From positions 59,498 to 123,497 of IMG/VR virus record IMGVR_UViG_3300023184_000045: 64,000 nt of DNA; one strand, written 5' to 3'. The position numbers and the translations under genes are program-made. Below, piece after piece: positions 1 through 9,954 of this stretch. The stretch's first letter is position 1, and the number at the start of each line of letters is the position of its first letter. The notes below the pieces were generated by a model. It saw nothing but the letters and a program-made list of their open reading frames with translations, had not been told where the DNA came from and did not search any database. This stretch comes from a virus.

Positions 1-1038
1 GTTAGGGTCGGGTATTGCCACTAAACTATCATTATTAACATTTCCTGCTATGCCTAAAGCCTCAACAGTCATTAATAAAGTAAAATCACCCAATTCAGAT
101 ATATGATATACTTCGCCTAATTTAGTTACTCCAATAGCATCTGCACCAAGGCATGCAATACTAATAAATTTTGCAAACTGTTTTGAAAATTTTCCCACTA
201 CGTTAAACTGATTATCAGTGACAAACACTGTATCAAGCCCTGCTATCCATATACGTGTATTACTTGAATTCACCGACATTGTTTTTATTGGTGGATTTAT
301 TTTTGATTGATAATAACTGCGACGAGCATCAAGATAACTTTGCCCGCTGGGAGTGTCAGAATCAAACCATAATGCTTCTAATGAATTAACAGGAAGAACT
401 GTTGGAGTATATGTGCCGCTATAGTAATATCGATGGTTAAATATTATGCGATACATTTTTCTGTTTCCGCAGAGTATCAACGCCTCAACTGTTTCTTTTC
501 CGGTAAGTGGGTCAGTAACACGTAGTTTACTATATTCAATTGGACCAGCAGGAAGGCCAACTCTAGTGAATAATACTTGTTTGTCAGAATAAAAATAAAC
601 TGCATCATTTATATGATCAAGTACAATATGAGTACGCTCCATATCAATTTGATTATAATTAAAACCAAATTCGCGCTGTTTATCTTCGCCATAAAATGTA
701 ATTAAAAATTTTCCTGGTACATAGTTATACCAAGATTTTCCTGCGTCGCCAGGTTTAACTGTAGGAGTATAACTATTTTTATTAACTACAGCAAAAGAAT
801 GAGTTTTAAAATCAAGTTGATACTCGTAAAATGTGTAGTCTAAGTATCCCGGAGGAGAGGTAACAGTAGCTTCGACATAATCAGTGATATTTAATTTAAT
901 TGGTCTAGTATTTGTTACCGTACCATTTATTGATACTGTGACATTTGACCATATATTAAACGTTTGATATTTGTCTGAATAAAAATTTACTGTAATAGGG
1001 CTATTGGGGGCGCATGCCGAAACGCTGCTGAACATCAT
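1..1038 (-). CDS. Hypothetical beta-rich virion-associated protein, 3'-truncated by the window edge
   Basis: Absent from the ORF track because it has no stop in the window. I translated it by hand: GGAGG then ATG at 1038, open for 346 codons to position 1 (MMFSSVSACAPNSPITVNFYSDKY...). Same strand as the flanking virion genes. Confidence 0.75.
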   Translation of the reverse strand, partial: MMFSSVSACAPNSPITVNFYSDKYQTFNIWSNVTVSINGTVTNTRPIKLNITDYVEATVTSPPGYLDYTFYEYQLDFKTHSFAVVNKNSYTPTVKPGDAGKSWYNYVPGKFLITFYGEDKQREFGFNYNQIDMERTHIVLDHINDAVYFYSDKQVLFTRVGLPAGPIEYSKLRVTDPLTGKETVEALILCGNRKMYRIIFNHRYYYSGTYTPTVLPVNSLEALWFDSDTPSGQSYLDARRSYYQSKINPPIKTMSVNSSNTRIWIAGLDTVFVTDNQFNVVGKFSKQFAKFISIACLGADAIGVTKLGEVYHISELGDFTLLMTVEALGIAGNVNNDSLVAIPDPN

Positions 1039-1090
1039 GCCCTCCAATATATTGTATCATTTCCACTATGTAATGTTTTGTAAATTTAGA

Positions 1091-2527
1091 TTAAGGTGCA
1101 GGATTACCAACTGTATGACTATCTTCAGACTCGGTATTATACGTGTCCACTGATCCATCTTCGTCCCAACCTGCGGCAGTTAAAACCATTAACCTCATAC
1201 CAGTGCCGTAACGTTCTGTGCCGTATAATGCGGTATATTTGCGTTTGCCTAACGTAGGGCCACCAACAATAATATCACCATTGTTATCATACCCGCCGTC
1301 GTTTTCGTTATAAACATCAACAGTAATAGTTGTGCCTGCGCCAACAACAGCAGCAGACACTGTTCCTAGCATGTCTAGCTCGTCTGCATATCTGAATCTA
1401 GGTGAACTTAAATTATTCAAGAAAGTAACAACAAATTCACCACTCTCAGTCAATGACTGCTGTGGATACGGATTTAATATTGCTGGATTATCTTCTGACT
1501 GTATAGTAGCCGGTCTTTTCCTACTAGGAACCGGAACATCGACTTCTCTTCCAATAAATTTTACAAACTGCTGCGGAGACGATGACCCGCTAACTACAAA
1601 CAACGGGCATCGACTTGTTTCTTGCGTAATATTGTTATTTGCTGGATTTCCGTTTACAATTCCGCGGAAAACTGCACCGCCGCGCACATGCCCTGTAATT
1701 CTATCTACTGCTCGTTGAATTAAAACCCAACGCAAGGGGCTATTTCCATACGGCTTACTTGGGTTAGGGTTATTAACTGGATCCCAGGTACCTTCGGGAG
1801 TTTCTTCTTGACTACCTTCCCAAACTGCTAAAAACATCCCTCTATTAGTCATTGTTAGTGTATAACTCATTGGATAAGCTGCTTCAGACCCAGTAATGCT
1901 TGCAGTACGATCTAACCAAATTTTGTTAAATGCAGTGGGCATCGCGCCCGGTGTTGCAGCAGTCCAATCGAGAGGCGAGACATTGCCAACTGGCTCTGTT
2001 ATTGTTCCACCTGTTAATGCTCTGGTACTATACTGTGCAATGATACCAGTGTTTGACAATTGCATTTCTGTTGCAATATGTATTGCTAGTTGTGAGTCAG
2101 ACAATTGATTAAAACAAATTCTCCAATTTGACGAATTTCCAGCAGCTGAGTAATAACTGCCAACTTGGTCTTTATAAGCCAATGGATCTACTGCTACATT
2201 TGACGATAATATCACTATACGAGAACTTCCAGTGCCAGCGCCACTTGCAGGTGGCGTTTGAGTTCCTGTTCCAAACGAATCGTATACTAGGTCAAAATAC
2301 ATCGATCCAGGGTCAGTATAAGTATTAACAGTCGCTAGCCCCCGAGCGGGTCTTGTAGTCCATGACGACCCGGTATTATAAGGAGAAGCTACTCTATTAT
2401 CGCCCCCTAATGTTTTTGGACCCCATGGTTGAATTATGCCAACATTGCCGGTCATTTCACTTACTATGTCATTAAGTATGGTTTCTACACTTGTAAACCC
2501 GTACTTTGTAATATTAAAACATGCCAT
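1091..2527 (-). CDS. Putative virion structural protein, paralog of 2547-5453
   Basis: 478-aa ORF with an AGGAG SD. Shares C-terminal motifs with the upstream ORF (YPMSYTLTMTNRGMF, QRAVDRITG, RCPLF, FLNNLSSPRFRYADELDMLG). Confidence 0.7.
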   Translation of the reverse strand: MACFNITKYGFTSVETILNDIVSEMTGNVGIIQPWGPKTLGGDNRVASPYNTGSSWTTRPARGLATVNTYTDPGSMYFDLVYDSFGTGTQTPPASGAGTGSSRIVILSSNVAVDPLAYKDQVGSYYSAAGNSSNWRICFNQLSDSQLAIHIATEMQLSNTGIIAQYSTRALTGGTITEPVGNVSPLDWTAATPGAMPTAFNKIWLDRTASITGSEAAYPMSYTLTMTNRGMFLAVWEGSQEETPEGTWDPVNNPNPSKPYGNSPLRWVLIQRAVDRITGHVRGGAVFRGIVNGNPANNNITQETSRCPLFVVSGSSSPQQFVKFIGREVDVPVPSRKRPATIQSEDNPAILNPYPQQSLTESGEFVVTFLNNLSSPRFRYADELDMLGTVSAAVVGAGTTITVDVYNENDGGYDNNGDIIVGGPTLGKRKYTALYGTERYGTGMRLMVLTAAGWDEDGSVDTYNTESEDSHTVGNPAP

Positions 2528-2546
2528 TATTATTAAACTCCTGATG

Positions 2547-5453
2547 TTAGTGTGGTATATCTTTGAGTGCGCAGATTCTTAGGCCTGTGTTGTATGGTAA
2601 GTTAGAAGGCATTGCTCTGTAAACACGCGGCGTGCTTTCGTTATATACCCCAGATCCATTTGGTTTTTGTAATACTACATCATTACCACCTGCGCAAACA
2701 TCTGCCGAAGTTTGCCCAACCATATCCAATTCTTCAGAATACCTAAATCTAGGTGTTGTTAAATTATGTAAGAATGATATTAGATATGTATTTGTCTCAG
2801 TTAGTGCAATTTGATTTGTTGTATTTAATATTGCATAACTATTAATAGTATGTGAATCTGCTGGTATTCTATACGCTGACAACATATTACTTTGCATCCA
2901 TGCAGTACCAGCAGTAGCATCGCTTGCAGCACCTAGGGCGGCAAGTTGTTGATAACCTGGCAGGGATGCTGAACCCGACCCAATATATGCTATCATCGAC
3001 CTAGGGTCAATTGTATCTCTGTAAGCGTCAGGGTCGCCTTGTTGCGGGTGTAAGATATCTTCTTCACGTACAACAAATTTCCAATATTTATATCCAACAC
3101 TATTAACGCAAAATACCGGGCATCTTCCTTTAGTTAAAGTTTTTCCAGTGTATCGGTTAACCGGCCGTTGTACTAAAAACCAATTAAAGAAATTATCTTT
3201 ATCGGTAACACTTCTAACTGAAGTTTTTTGTATTACGCTCCAATTGCCTTCCCATACACCAAAAAATAGTCCTCTATTTGTTACAGTCATTGTGTAATTT
3301 AACGGATATATTTCAGGGGATCCAGCAACACGAGCTTCTCTATTTAAAAATCCTTCGGCTGTTTTGTCTTTGTCAGGTGCAATCATACTACCACTATAAC
3401 CCGGCGTCTGATGTGGAACATTGTTTGATCCATTTGAACCACCAAAGAATACATACTTTGTTGGTTGGGAGCCCATCATCCCAGCGCGGTCAATAGGATA
3501 TTGGCCTGCAGAATTAAATATATTACTAATACCACCGTCATCTTGCAATTGCAACGGTGTACCAGCATAACAGTTTAAAGTCTGCGCTCCTACACCTACT
3601 TTGTTGTACACGCTTGTGTTGCTTACAACTTCAAATGCCAGGCGCCATGGTTGTCTATACGATTCGGGAAAACTAAATTCCAATAGGTCGTGCATCGTTA
3701 ATGATGCTTGACTATCTAATCGCACGTTGGCTTTGAGATTGTTTAAATTACTTAGATTGTCGTTTACGCTAACAACAGTGCCAATTAGCACCGGGTCACC
3801 GGCGCCTAGTAGCGTTACATTTTGCCCTTCGTAGATGATTCCTCGTTTGGTAGTGGCACTATTAGATAACTGATCTACTTCAATGTACACATTACTAGAA
3901 GTACTTGCAGTTATGTTACCAGTAACTACGCGGCTGCTATTCAATGGATCGGTTCCACCATTAGCCTCTATAATTATTAAAAACCCAGCTGCTGTTATAT
4001 CGTCGGTATCTTTTGCTTTTGCTCCGGCACCTCTAACTACAATTTTGTCATCTTGGTTAATAGTAATCTCATTACTGACTCCAAACCAAGTATAAGTTGA
4101 CGAATGTTGTTTCCAATTCTTTGCGCCGGGGCCGCTCCATTCTACAATTCCGTCAACCACCAGAATAGGATTAATACTAGTAATAGTAGTGCCAGGAGGA
4201 ATAATACTTGATGGATTAGATTCCGTTGGTTCAAGTAAAATTTCTTGACCAATAAAAAATCCTGTACCGGGTACACCACTAGTAGCATCGGTATACAGCA
4301 CATTTGCCCAAAAACCATCTCTAGGCCATAAATCAATTGATCCGTTGGCTCCGTGGGCATTTTGCCAGGTCAGGCCTGCGCCTTCAGGCTGCGCCACCGG
4401 GTCCAGGCCTGTTACTCCAATTGACAAGTATGCTGCTTCGGTATAGGGGTTTATAGTGGGGTTTATAGTAGTAGACAGTTTCCCGCCATGCTGAGAATAA
4501 CTTGGCTTACTAATTGCCACCGTGCCGTTGTCAGTAACATCATTATACCCAGGATCCGCCAATGGCTGTGCAATTATATCTACAGTTGGTGCATCTGTAG
4601 ATCTTGCTGGTACAGTTCCTGTGCTTTGACATAAAAATGTTCTTGTATTAGCAGTAAATGTTGGTGTTGTATTTGTAGAACTCAACCCATTTACATCCAC
4701 TTTTGGCCATGTTAATTCAATTATATCAGTAGGAGTCACCGGAAAGTTAGTACCTCTTCTAGGCAACAAATACCAATTATTAGCTTTAATATTGTAGTCA
4801 GAGAAACCAGGCGTCCAGTCTTTTGTCATTCTAACTGACGTAATTGATCCGTACGGGGTAACTGATGATACAACTACGCGAGGAGCCGGTACATCTAATA
4901 ATTTTAATTTTGGTGGGGTTCCTGCCGAGCCAGGATCATATCCTACGTCATACACAGGGTCGGTGTCGGTGTAATAAATTGTGTCGTTTATATTCAATCC
5001 CGGACGTAGTGCAGTAAATACAGTTCCAATTACATTTGATGGCGAACCTATCTTAGTAAAATCAGCATTGCTTCCGCCGCTATTTGTACCAATGCTCACA
5101 ATTTGATATGCATGCCCGTGCAGCCACGGATCACCGTTGGGAAATACCGCATCCCCTTGTGGGGATCCAGTTGCAAAAGCCGGCACGCTAATTTCTAATA
5201 CGTCACCAACTTTGTACCCAACACCACCTCTAACTATTTTTAAATCTCTTAGAGTGGGACTTGCAGAATCAAGATACAAAATTGAATTTCCAACTTCGTC
5301 AGTTGCAGACACATGTTTTTTGTCAAACCCGTGTTCGTTAATCAAAGTGCCTACCGCATCACCTACTAATTCTGCCATATTAGTAAAACCAATTACTTCA
5401 GTTGCAAAAAAGTCTTGATCTGCGTATTCTTTTGTGTAAACTATTGTTGCCAT
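2547..5453 (-). CDS. Putative virion structural protein, long paralog with a large central beta-rich insert
   Basis: 968-aa ORF with AAGGAG SD and a late-promoter motif at 5508-5515. C-terminal motifs YPLNYTMTVTNRGLF, QRPVNRYTG, FLHNLTTPRFRYSEELDMVG match the downstream ORF. Confidence 0.7.
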   Translation of the reverse strand: MATIVYTKEYADQDFFATEVIGFTNMAELVGDAVGTLINEHGFDKKHVSATDEVGNSILYLDSASPTLRDLKIVRGGVGYKVGDVLEISVPAFATGSPQGDAVFPNGDPWLHGHAYQIVSIGTNSGGSNADFTKIGSPSNVIGTVFTALRPGLNINDTIYYTDTDPVYDVGYDPGSAGTPPKLKLLDVPAPRVVVSSVTPYGSITSVRMTKDWTPGFSDYNIKANNWYLLPRRGTNFPVTPTDIIELTWPKVDVNGLSSTNTTPTFTANTRTFLCQSTGTVPARSTDAPTVDIIAQPLADPGYNDVTDNGTVAISKPSYSQHGGKLSTTINPTINPYTEAAYLSIGVTGLDPVAQPEGAGLTWQNAHGANGSIDLWPRDGFWANVLYTDATSGVPGTGFFIGQEILLEPTESNPSSIIPPGTTITSINPILVVDGIVEWSGPGAKNWKQHSSTYTWFGVSNEITINQDDKIVVRGAGAKAKDTDDITAAGFLIIIEANGGTDPLNSSRVVTGNITASTSSNVYIEVDQLSNSATTKRGIIYEGQNVTLLGAGDPVLIGTVVSVNDNLSNLNNLKANVRLDSQASLTMHDLLEFSFPESYRQPWRLAFEVVSNTSVYNKVGVGAQTLNCYAGTPLQLQDDGGISNIFNSAGQYPIDRAGMMGSQPTKYVFFGGSNGSNNVPHQTPGYSGSMIAPDKDKTAEGFLNREARVAGSPEIYPLNYTMTVTNRGLFFGVWEGNWSVIQKTSVRSVTDKDNFFNWFLVQRPVNRYTGKTLTKGRCPVFCVNSVGYKYWKFVVREEDILHPQQGDPDAYRDTIDPRSMIAYIGSGSASLPGYQQLAALGAASDATAGTAWMQSNMLSAYRIPADSHTINSYAILNTTNQIALTETNTYLISFLHNLTTPRFRYSEELDMVGQTSADVCAGGNDVVLQKPNGSGVYNESTPRVYRAMPSNLPYNTGLRICALKDIPH

Positions 5454-5545
5454 TTATTTTTTACTCCTTGCCCAAAATAAACACATTAAGGGCTAATGTT
5501 ATAAAGTTATTTATCATCTTTAATCCAGTTGTTATGTTTGATTAA

Positions 5546-6376
5546 TTAATTTAAGGCATTCCAGGCGCCGTTGACCCATATATTTAACTTATTAGATGAC
5601 GTGTCAAATACCGTTTTTCCGTCATATAAATGCTGTGTTGGTAATGCCGTTAAAACTTCCGTTGCAGGTCTACTATCTGTTACAGCAGGGAAATAATATA
5701 TACTAAAAGTTATTGGATCACCAGCCTGGTAACTGTCCAAACTAGTAAGTGTTACAAATACTCTGGGTTGAGCCGGTTCTTCCAAATTTGAAAATATGCT
5801 GTATTGTCTGCTTTGAAAACTACTTCCGTCGTTAAGTATAACAGTACCATCATCGGTTAAATGGTCTGGAGTAGCAATAAATGTATAAGGGTTTGGTTCA
5901 TTTTTATCAGGCGTACTAAAAACTTCAACTTGAACAGGCCTGCTAACACTTACTGCATATACTATAGAACTAACTCCAATATTTAACACAAACTCTGCTG
6001 TACCAAACCCAACCAAACTGCTTATGGTTGTTTCGTATCGTCTACGGCGTATTCCAGACTCTGGAGCTCCAGGAGCCCAGTATGTTACCATGCTGCCAGG
6101 GCCGTCGGCTGTTAGTATCTGGCCAAATCCATCTGGAGCCGTAGGCGGTAATGTATAAGATGTACCAATAGTTATTGTATTGCCAACAAACAAGTTACCT
6201 GTAATGTTAGCAGAACCAATAACATCAAGTTCTACCCTGGGTGTTAATGTGTTAATACCTACACGTTTTTTAACAACGTCAAAATAAACAACATCACCAT
6301 CTATAGCTAAGTTAATACCATCTCGTTGCAAATTTGCAACAAGCATTGGACCAGTAATTCTTCCTATTGTTGCCAT
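5546..6376 (-). CDS. Putative tail/fibre-associated structural protein
   Basis: 276 aa. The N-terminus (MATIGRITGPMLVANLQRDG...RVGINTLTPRVELDVIG) is the beta-repeat type found in phage fibre proteins. Start overlaps the upstream stop (TAATG). Confidence 0.6.
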   Translation of the reverse strand: MATIGRITGPMLVANLQRDGINLAIDGDVVYFDVVKKRVGINTLTPRVELDVIGSANITGNLFVGNTITIGTSYTLPPTAPDGFGQILTADGPGSMVTYWAPGAPESGIRRRRYETTISSLVGFGTAEFVLNIGVSSIVYAVSVSRPVQVEVFSTPDKNEPNPYTFIATPDHLTDDGTVILNDGSSFQSRQYSIFSNLEEPAQPRVFVTLTSLDSYQAGDPITFSIYYFPAVTDSRPATEVLTALPTQHLYDGKTVFDTSSNKLNIWVNGAWNALN

Positions 6377-6795
6377 TATGCGTATCCGTGTAAAATTACT
6401 ATGGGTTGATTGTTAGGTGGGGCACTAGAAAACTCAATTTCTCTGCCATTAACTACAAATGCAACACCCGGGTTTTGAAAAACGTTACCAATGAACACTA
6501 AAAGATGCATTTCGTCGCCAGGCAAATAACTATACTTCATCGGGCCAAATCTAGTTTGTGACCCATTGCCAGTATATGTATCTTTTTGTAGCCTTGATGC
6601 ATTAAGACCAGTTATAAATACCTTCCATGAATTATTATAAAATATTTCAGGATCCCCGGTGGTTTTATTATATCTAATTAATCCATCCACAGGCGAATCG
6701 GGACCAACAGCACTATACCCTACTGGTATTCGTATGCTGTGGCTAGCAGATCTCAGCTCTAGATTTTTAAGGTATCTACCCATATTAAATGCCAA
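6376..6795 (-). CDS. Putative virion structural protein
   Basis: 139 aa. Carries IPVG..P..P.DGLIRYNKTTG.PEIFY...W, a short fibre-associated repeat motif. Translationally coupled to both neighbours. Confidence 0.6.
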   Translation of the reverse strand: MAFNMGRYLKNLELRSASHSIRIPVGYSAVGPDSPVDGLIRYNKTTGDPEIFYNNSWKVFITGLNASRLQKDTYTGNGSQTRFGPMKYSYLPGDEMHLLVFIGNVFQNPGVAFVVNGREIEFSSAPPNNQPIVILHGYA

Positions 6796-8119
6796 TACTA
6801 GACACTGTTGCTATAACCACTGGCAGATCTACAGATATTACAGGACTAGTTGTACGATATGTCCAAGTTGTCACATCTGGACTAGTAGCAACTCTGGCTG
6901 CGTACCCAACTGCTATAAATTCTGCTCTATCCGAATTCCACAGTATTCCTGTACCTGCATCGCCGCCCCAATCTGAATTTGGATTAGCAAGTGCAGTTGA
7001 CTCAGTTGCCCATGAGGATCCATCGTACAAGTACACGTTTGGTAGTGTACTACCAAATACATAAAATCCGTAACCTGGCCTAAAAGTTGCACTAGCAATG
7101 CAAGGCTGTGTTGATGATGTAACTAAATCTGCAAGTCCACTGTTGTAAGTCCACGACGTGCCATTGGTGCTGGTACCCGCACTGTGGCTATCAACAGTTA
7201 GTGCCAAATATATAGATCCTGATGTTAATATTGTTGTTATCCTGTCGGTTCCCCAAGCAGGTGTGTTGTATAAATCTAAATACACAGTCCACACATTTCC
7301 ATCAACGCTTCTTGCAATTTTTCCGCCAGTACCACCAACGACAAAATAAGTTCCATCCCACATAACCGAAGTTGCATCAGTAAGTAGTCCCCAATCAGGA
7401 TTGGCACCAAGATTTATTCTGTTAGTCCATGTACTGCCATTAATACTGGTAGCTACCCTGGCCTGGTCGCCAACAGCCATGAATATTGATCCATTGTTAG
7501 CAACTGCATTAATATTTTTATTTCCCCAACCAGAAAGATTAAAAATTGCATCTTTATTAGCCCAATGTATGCCATCAGAACTAGAAGCCATTAGTCCCTG
7601 GTCGCCCACTGCTACATATTGATTGCCTATCATTTTAGTAACAGCATTTATTTTTGTTCCGCTTGGCCAGCCTAATGTGTCTATTAGATCGGACTGGTAT
7701 GTCCATTCTTCGCCAGTAGGACTAGTTGCAACTTTTCCGTCGTTACCAACTATTAGGTATTCACTTAAATCATGTGCCCAAGTAACTGCTCTACAATCTG
7801 CAATTGTGCCCCATCCTGTGCTGCTCAATCCAACACCAACTGTGGATGCTGGATCAATTATGTTAGCAAACAAACCGTCACCGTCGCCAAGAATTAATTT
7901 TTCATTGTCTATTACATAAGTGTCATGCGCAGTTAATTGCACTTTATAATAGATCAGTCTGTTATTAGTAGGAATCTCTGTATTGGGTACAGCAAAAACA
8001 TTAAACATAATTGTTCTATCGCTGGTATTGCAAAAATACATAGCAGTAATAGCACTACCGCCTGCGCTGGTATAGATGCTGTCTGCTGTGGTTGTTAAAG
8101 TTGTACTGGTTAATGCCAT
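6785..8119 (-). CDS. Virion protein with an inserted 7-bladed beta-propeller (BNR/Asp-box-like repeats)
   Basis: 444 aa with seven repeats of xAVGxxGxVAxSxDGxxWT. AGGA SD upstream. Confidence 0.7.
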   Translation of the reverse strand: MALTSTTLTTTADSIYTSAGGSAITAMYFCNTSDRTIMFNVFAVPNTEIPTNNRLIYYKVQLTAHDTYVIDNEKLILGDGDGLFANIIDPASTVGVGLSSTGWGTIADCRAVTWAHDLSEYLIVGNDGKVATSPTGEEWTYQSDLIDTLGWPSGTKINAVTKMIGNQYVAVGDQGLMASSSDGIHWANKDAIFNLSGWGNKNINAVANNGSIFMAVGDQARVATSINGSTWTNRINLGANPDWGLLTDATSVMWDGTYFVVGGTGGKIARSVDGNVWTVYLDLYNTPAWGTDRITTILTSGSIYLALTVDSHSAGTSTNGTSWTYNSGLADLVTSSTQPCIASATFRPGYGFYVFGSTLPNVYLYDGSSWATESTALANPNSDWGGDAGTGILWNSDRAEFIAVGYAARVATSPDVTTWTYRTTSPVISVDLPVVIATVSSIGI

Positions 8120-8129
8120 GTTATTTTTC

Positions 8130-8762
8130 CTATAGCACCAATGAATAAATCAATGCTCTTTGTTTGGTAATCAATTCTTGATCATCTTTGATAGAATTTG
8201 ATACATATAATCCTGTTACTCCGCCGCCAGGCAAGCTAGCATAAAACACAGTTGAGTCTGTTACTTGTGGCACGCTGTTGATAGTATATTTAATTTGTAT
8301 GCCAGCATTAGATCCAAACAGTGAATACCCTGGATTAAACACAATATTTTGACTGTCAGCCGATCTAATCTCATAGCCTGCTAAATTTAAATCACCGCCT
8401 AAGTAAGGAGTAGGGTCATCGGCTACGTGTGACATAACATCACTCAGTGTGAGTCCACCATCTGAACTAATTTGCCACTTGCCTACTGCTTCTGTCCACT
8501 GAAAAACTGCGTTGGGTTCGTCGCCGCGTCTGACTTCTATGCCTGCATTTAATACTGGTACGCCTGTGGTTACATTAGCTGCTAATGTAATGATATTGTC
8601 CGTTATTAGTGTTTCAACAGATCCAATATTAGTTTGTGATCCAATTACTATTAAATCGCCTGCAATGCTAACAGTACCGTGGCCAGCACGAGCATCTAGA
8701 TATATGTTGCCGTCTAGTGCTTTTAAGTACCAATCACCTGATGTACGATCAACCGTAGCCAT
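8130..8762 (-). CDS. Putative virion structural/fibre protein
   Basis: 210 aa with the fibre-type motif ITDNIITL...AGIEVRRG...FQWTE...W. Late-promoter motif at 8782-8789. Confidence 0.6.
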   Translation of the reverse strand: MATVDRTSGDWYLKALDGNIYLDARAGHGTVSIAGDLIVIGSQTNIGSVETLITDNIITLAANVTTGVPVLNAGIEVRRGDEPNAVFQWTEAVGKWQISSDGGLTLSDVMSHVADDPTPYLGGDLNLAGYEIRSADSQNIVFNPGYSLFGSNAGIQIKYTINSVPQVTDSTVFYASLPGGGVTGLYVSNSIKDDQELITKQRALIYSLVL

Positions 8763-8801
8763 GAATTATTCCTATTTTAGATATTTATCATCTAAGATAA
8801 G

Positions 8802-8833
8802 TTAAAAAAATAGCTGCCACAGCAGCTATTTTT
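8802..8833 (-). terminator. Intrinsic terminator downstream of 8848-9858, possibly bidirectional
   Basis: Stem AAAAATAGCTGC (8806-8817) / GCAGCTATTTTT (8822-8833) with a 4-nt loop. Followed by a U-run on the minus strand. Confidence 0.85.
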
Positions 8834-8847
8834 ATTTAAAAACGAAT

Positions 8848-9858
8848 TTAAGCGTTTGATATTTTGATGTTAACATCGGCTGCAAAGTATGGTTGATTGT
8901 CATATACTTTAGTACCGCTAGTACCATTTGCAGTCCATGCTACTGAACTATTACTTGCAAATTGATGACTAGCACCGGTACCACGAGTCACTCGTGCTTG
9001 ATGATTTGACAACTTTGTAATGTAATATTGATTGCCAGCAGTATCAGTTGCTGTGATAGAAGCTTCGCCAGCTGTAATTACAGCTGAATCTTTCAACTTG
9101 ACAATACCAGTTCTTGTGCCATCTGTTACTTTATAACGACGTCCAGAAACTTGTCTGATTACATCAACTGTGGTTGCCGAACCACCAGTTAAGTATGCTG
9201 TCATAGTAATTGCATTCTCGTTTTGACCAACTACAGCCGATGATCCCATTACTGCATCACCAGTAACCGATTGGCTAAATGATACAGCCGCATCGGTTGG
9301 ATCGGTATATCCAGAACCGTTGTTAATCATCAACACTGATTTGGCACGATAACGCAATGTTAATGTTGCGCCAGTGGCTGTACTTGCTGAGCCGTCGGCG
9401 TGTGTTACTGTGGTTGCTTGTGCTCCAGTTGCTAAAGCACCCGATGCATACAAGAATGTACCACGGCTCAATGGTGTTACAGCAGTAACATCGTCGCCGC
9501 CGGTTCCACCAATTGTATCAACTGTAAAAGTTGCTGTGCCGGCGGAAGTAGTAACTGTTAGAATATCACCGGCTACGTATCCAGCCATTGTACCGCCAAT
9601 GGCAGTTGCACTTTCAACTTCAGATGTAACACTACCAGTTGCACGTACAGCACCTAGTGCTAACTTGTCTGGATCACTGAATGTAGTCGATGGTCGTACT
9701 GTATACGCACCCAGGGCAGTTAATGTTACACTAGCAATCTGATTACCACCAAGACCGTCATCGCCTTGATTTGCAGAATTATGTGCGTTTGTACTTTCGG
9801 CACCATTAGCGCCGATGTTGCGATTACCAAAATATTTTTTATTTAAAGGACGTCCCAT
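8848..9858 (-). CDS. Putative abundant virion structural protein
   Basis: 336 aa, Thr/Gly/Ala-rich, starts MGRPLNKKYFG. Has its own late promoter, strong AAGGAG SD and terminator, i.e. a stand-alone transcription unit. Confidence 0.65.
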   Translation of the reverse strand: MGRPLNKKYFGNRNIGANGAESTNAHNSANQGDDGLGGNQIASVTLTALGAYTVRPSTTFSDPDKLALGAVRATGSVTSEVESATAIGGTMAGYVAGDILTVTTSAGTATFTVDTIGGTGGDDVTAVTPLSRGTFLYASGALATGAQATTVTHADGSASTATGATLTLRYRAKSVLMINNGSGYTDPTDAAVSFSQSVTGDAVMGSSAVVGQNENAITMTAYLTGGSATTVDVIRQVSGRRYKVTDGTRTGIVKLKDSAVITAGEASITATDTAGNQYYITKLSNHQARVTRGTGASHQFASNSSVAWTANGTSGTKVYDNQPYFAADVNIKISNA

Positions 9859-9879
9859 TTTATTTTCTCCTTAAGAATT

Positions 9880-9938
9880 TATGGCGTTCTATGCCATACG
9901 CGGTTGGATTTCCGCATAAAACTTGCCCTATGCAAGTC
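9880..9938 (-). promoter_or_regulatory. Structured 5' leader with three adjacent hairpins
   Basis: Minus-strand stems GACUUGC/GCAAGUU, UAUGCGG/CCGCGUA and UAUGGC/GCCAUA lie between the late promoter (9947-9954) and the SD (9867-9872). The G-U pairs form only on the minus strand. Confidence 0.6.
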
Positions 9939-9946
9939 GTACTGTC

Positions 9947-9954
9947 TATTTATC
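9947..9954 (-). promoter_or_regulatory. T4-like late promoter GATAAATA
   Basis: Matches TATAAATA at 7 of 8 positions. The same motif sits before many virion genes and the window encodes a gp55-like sigma factor. Confidence 0.7.
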
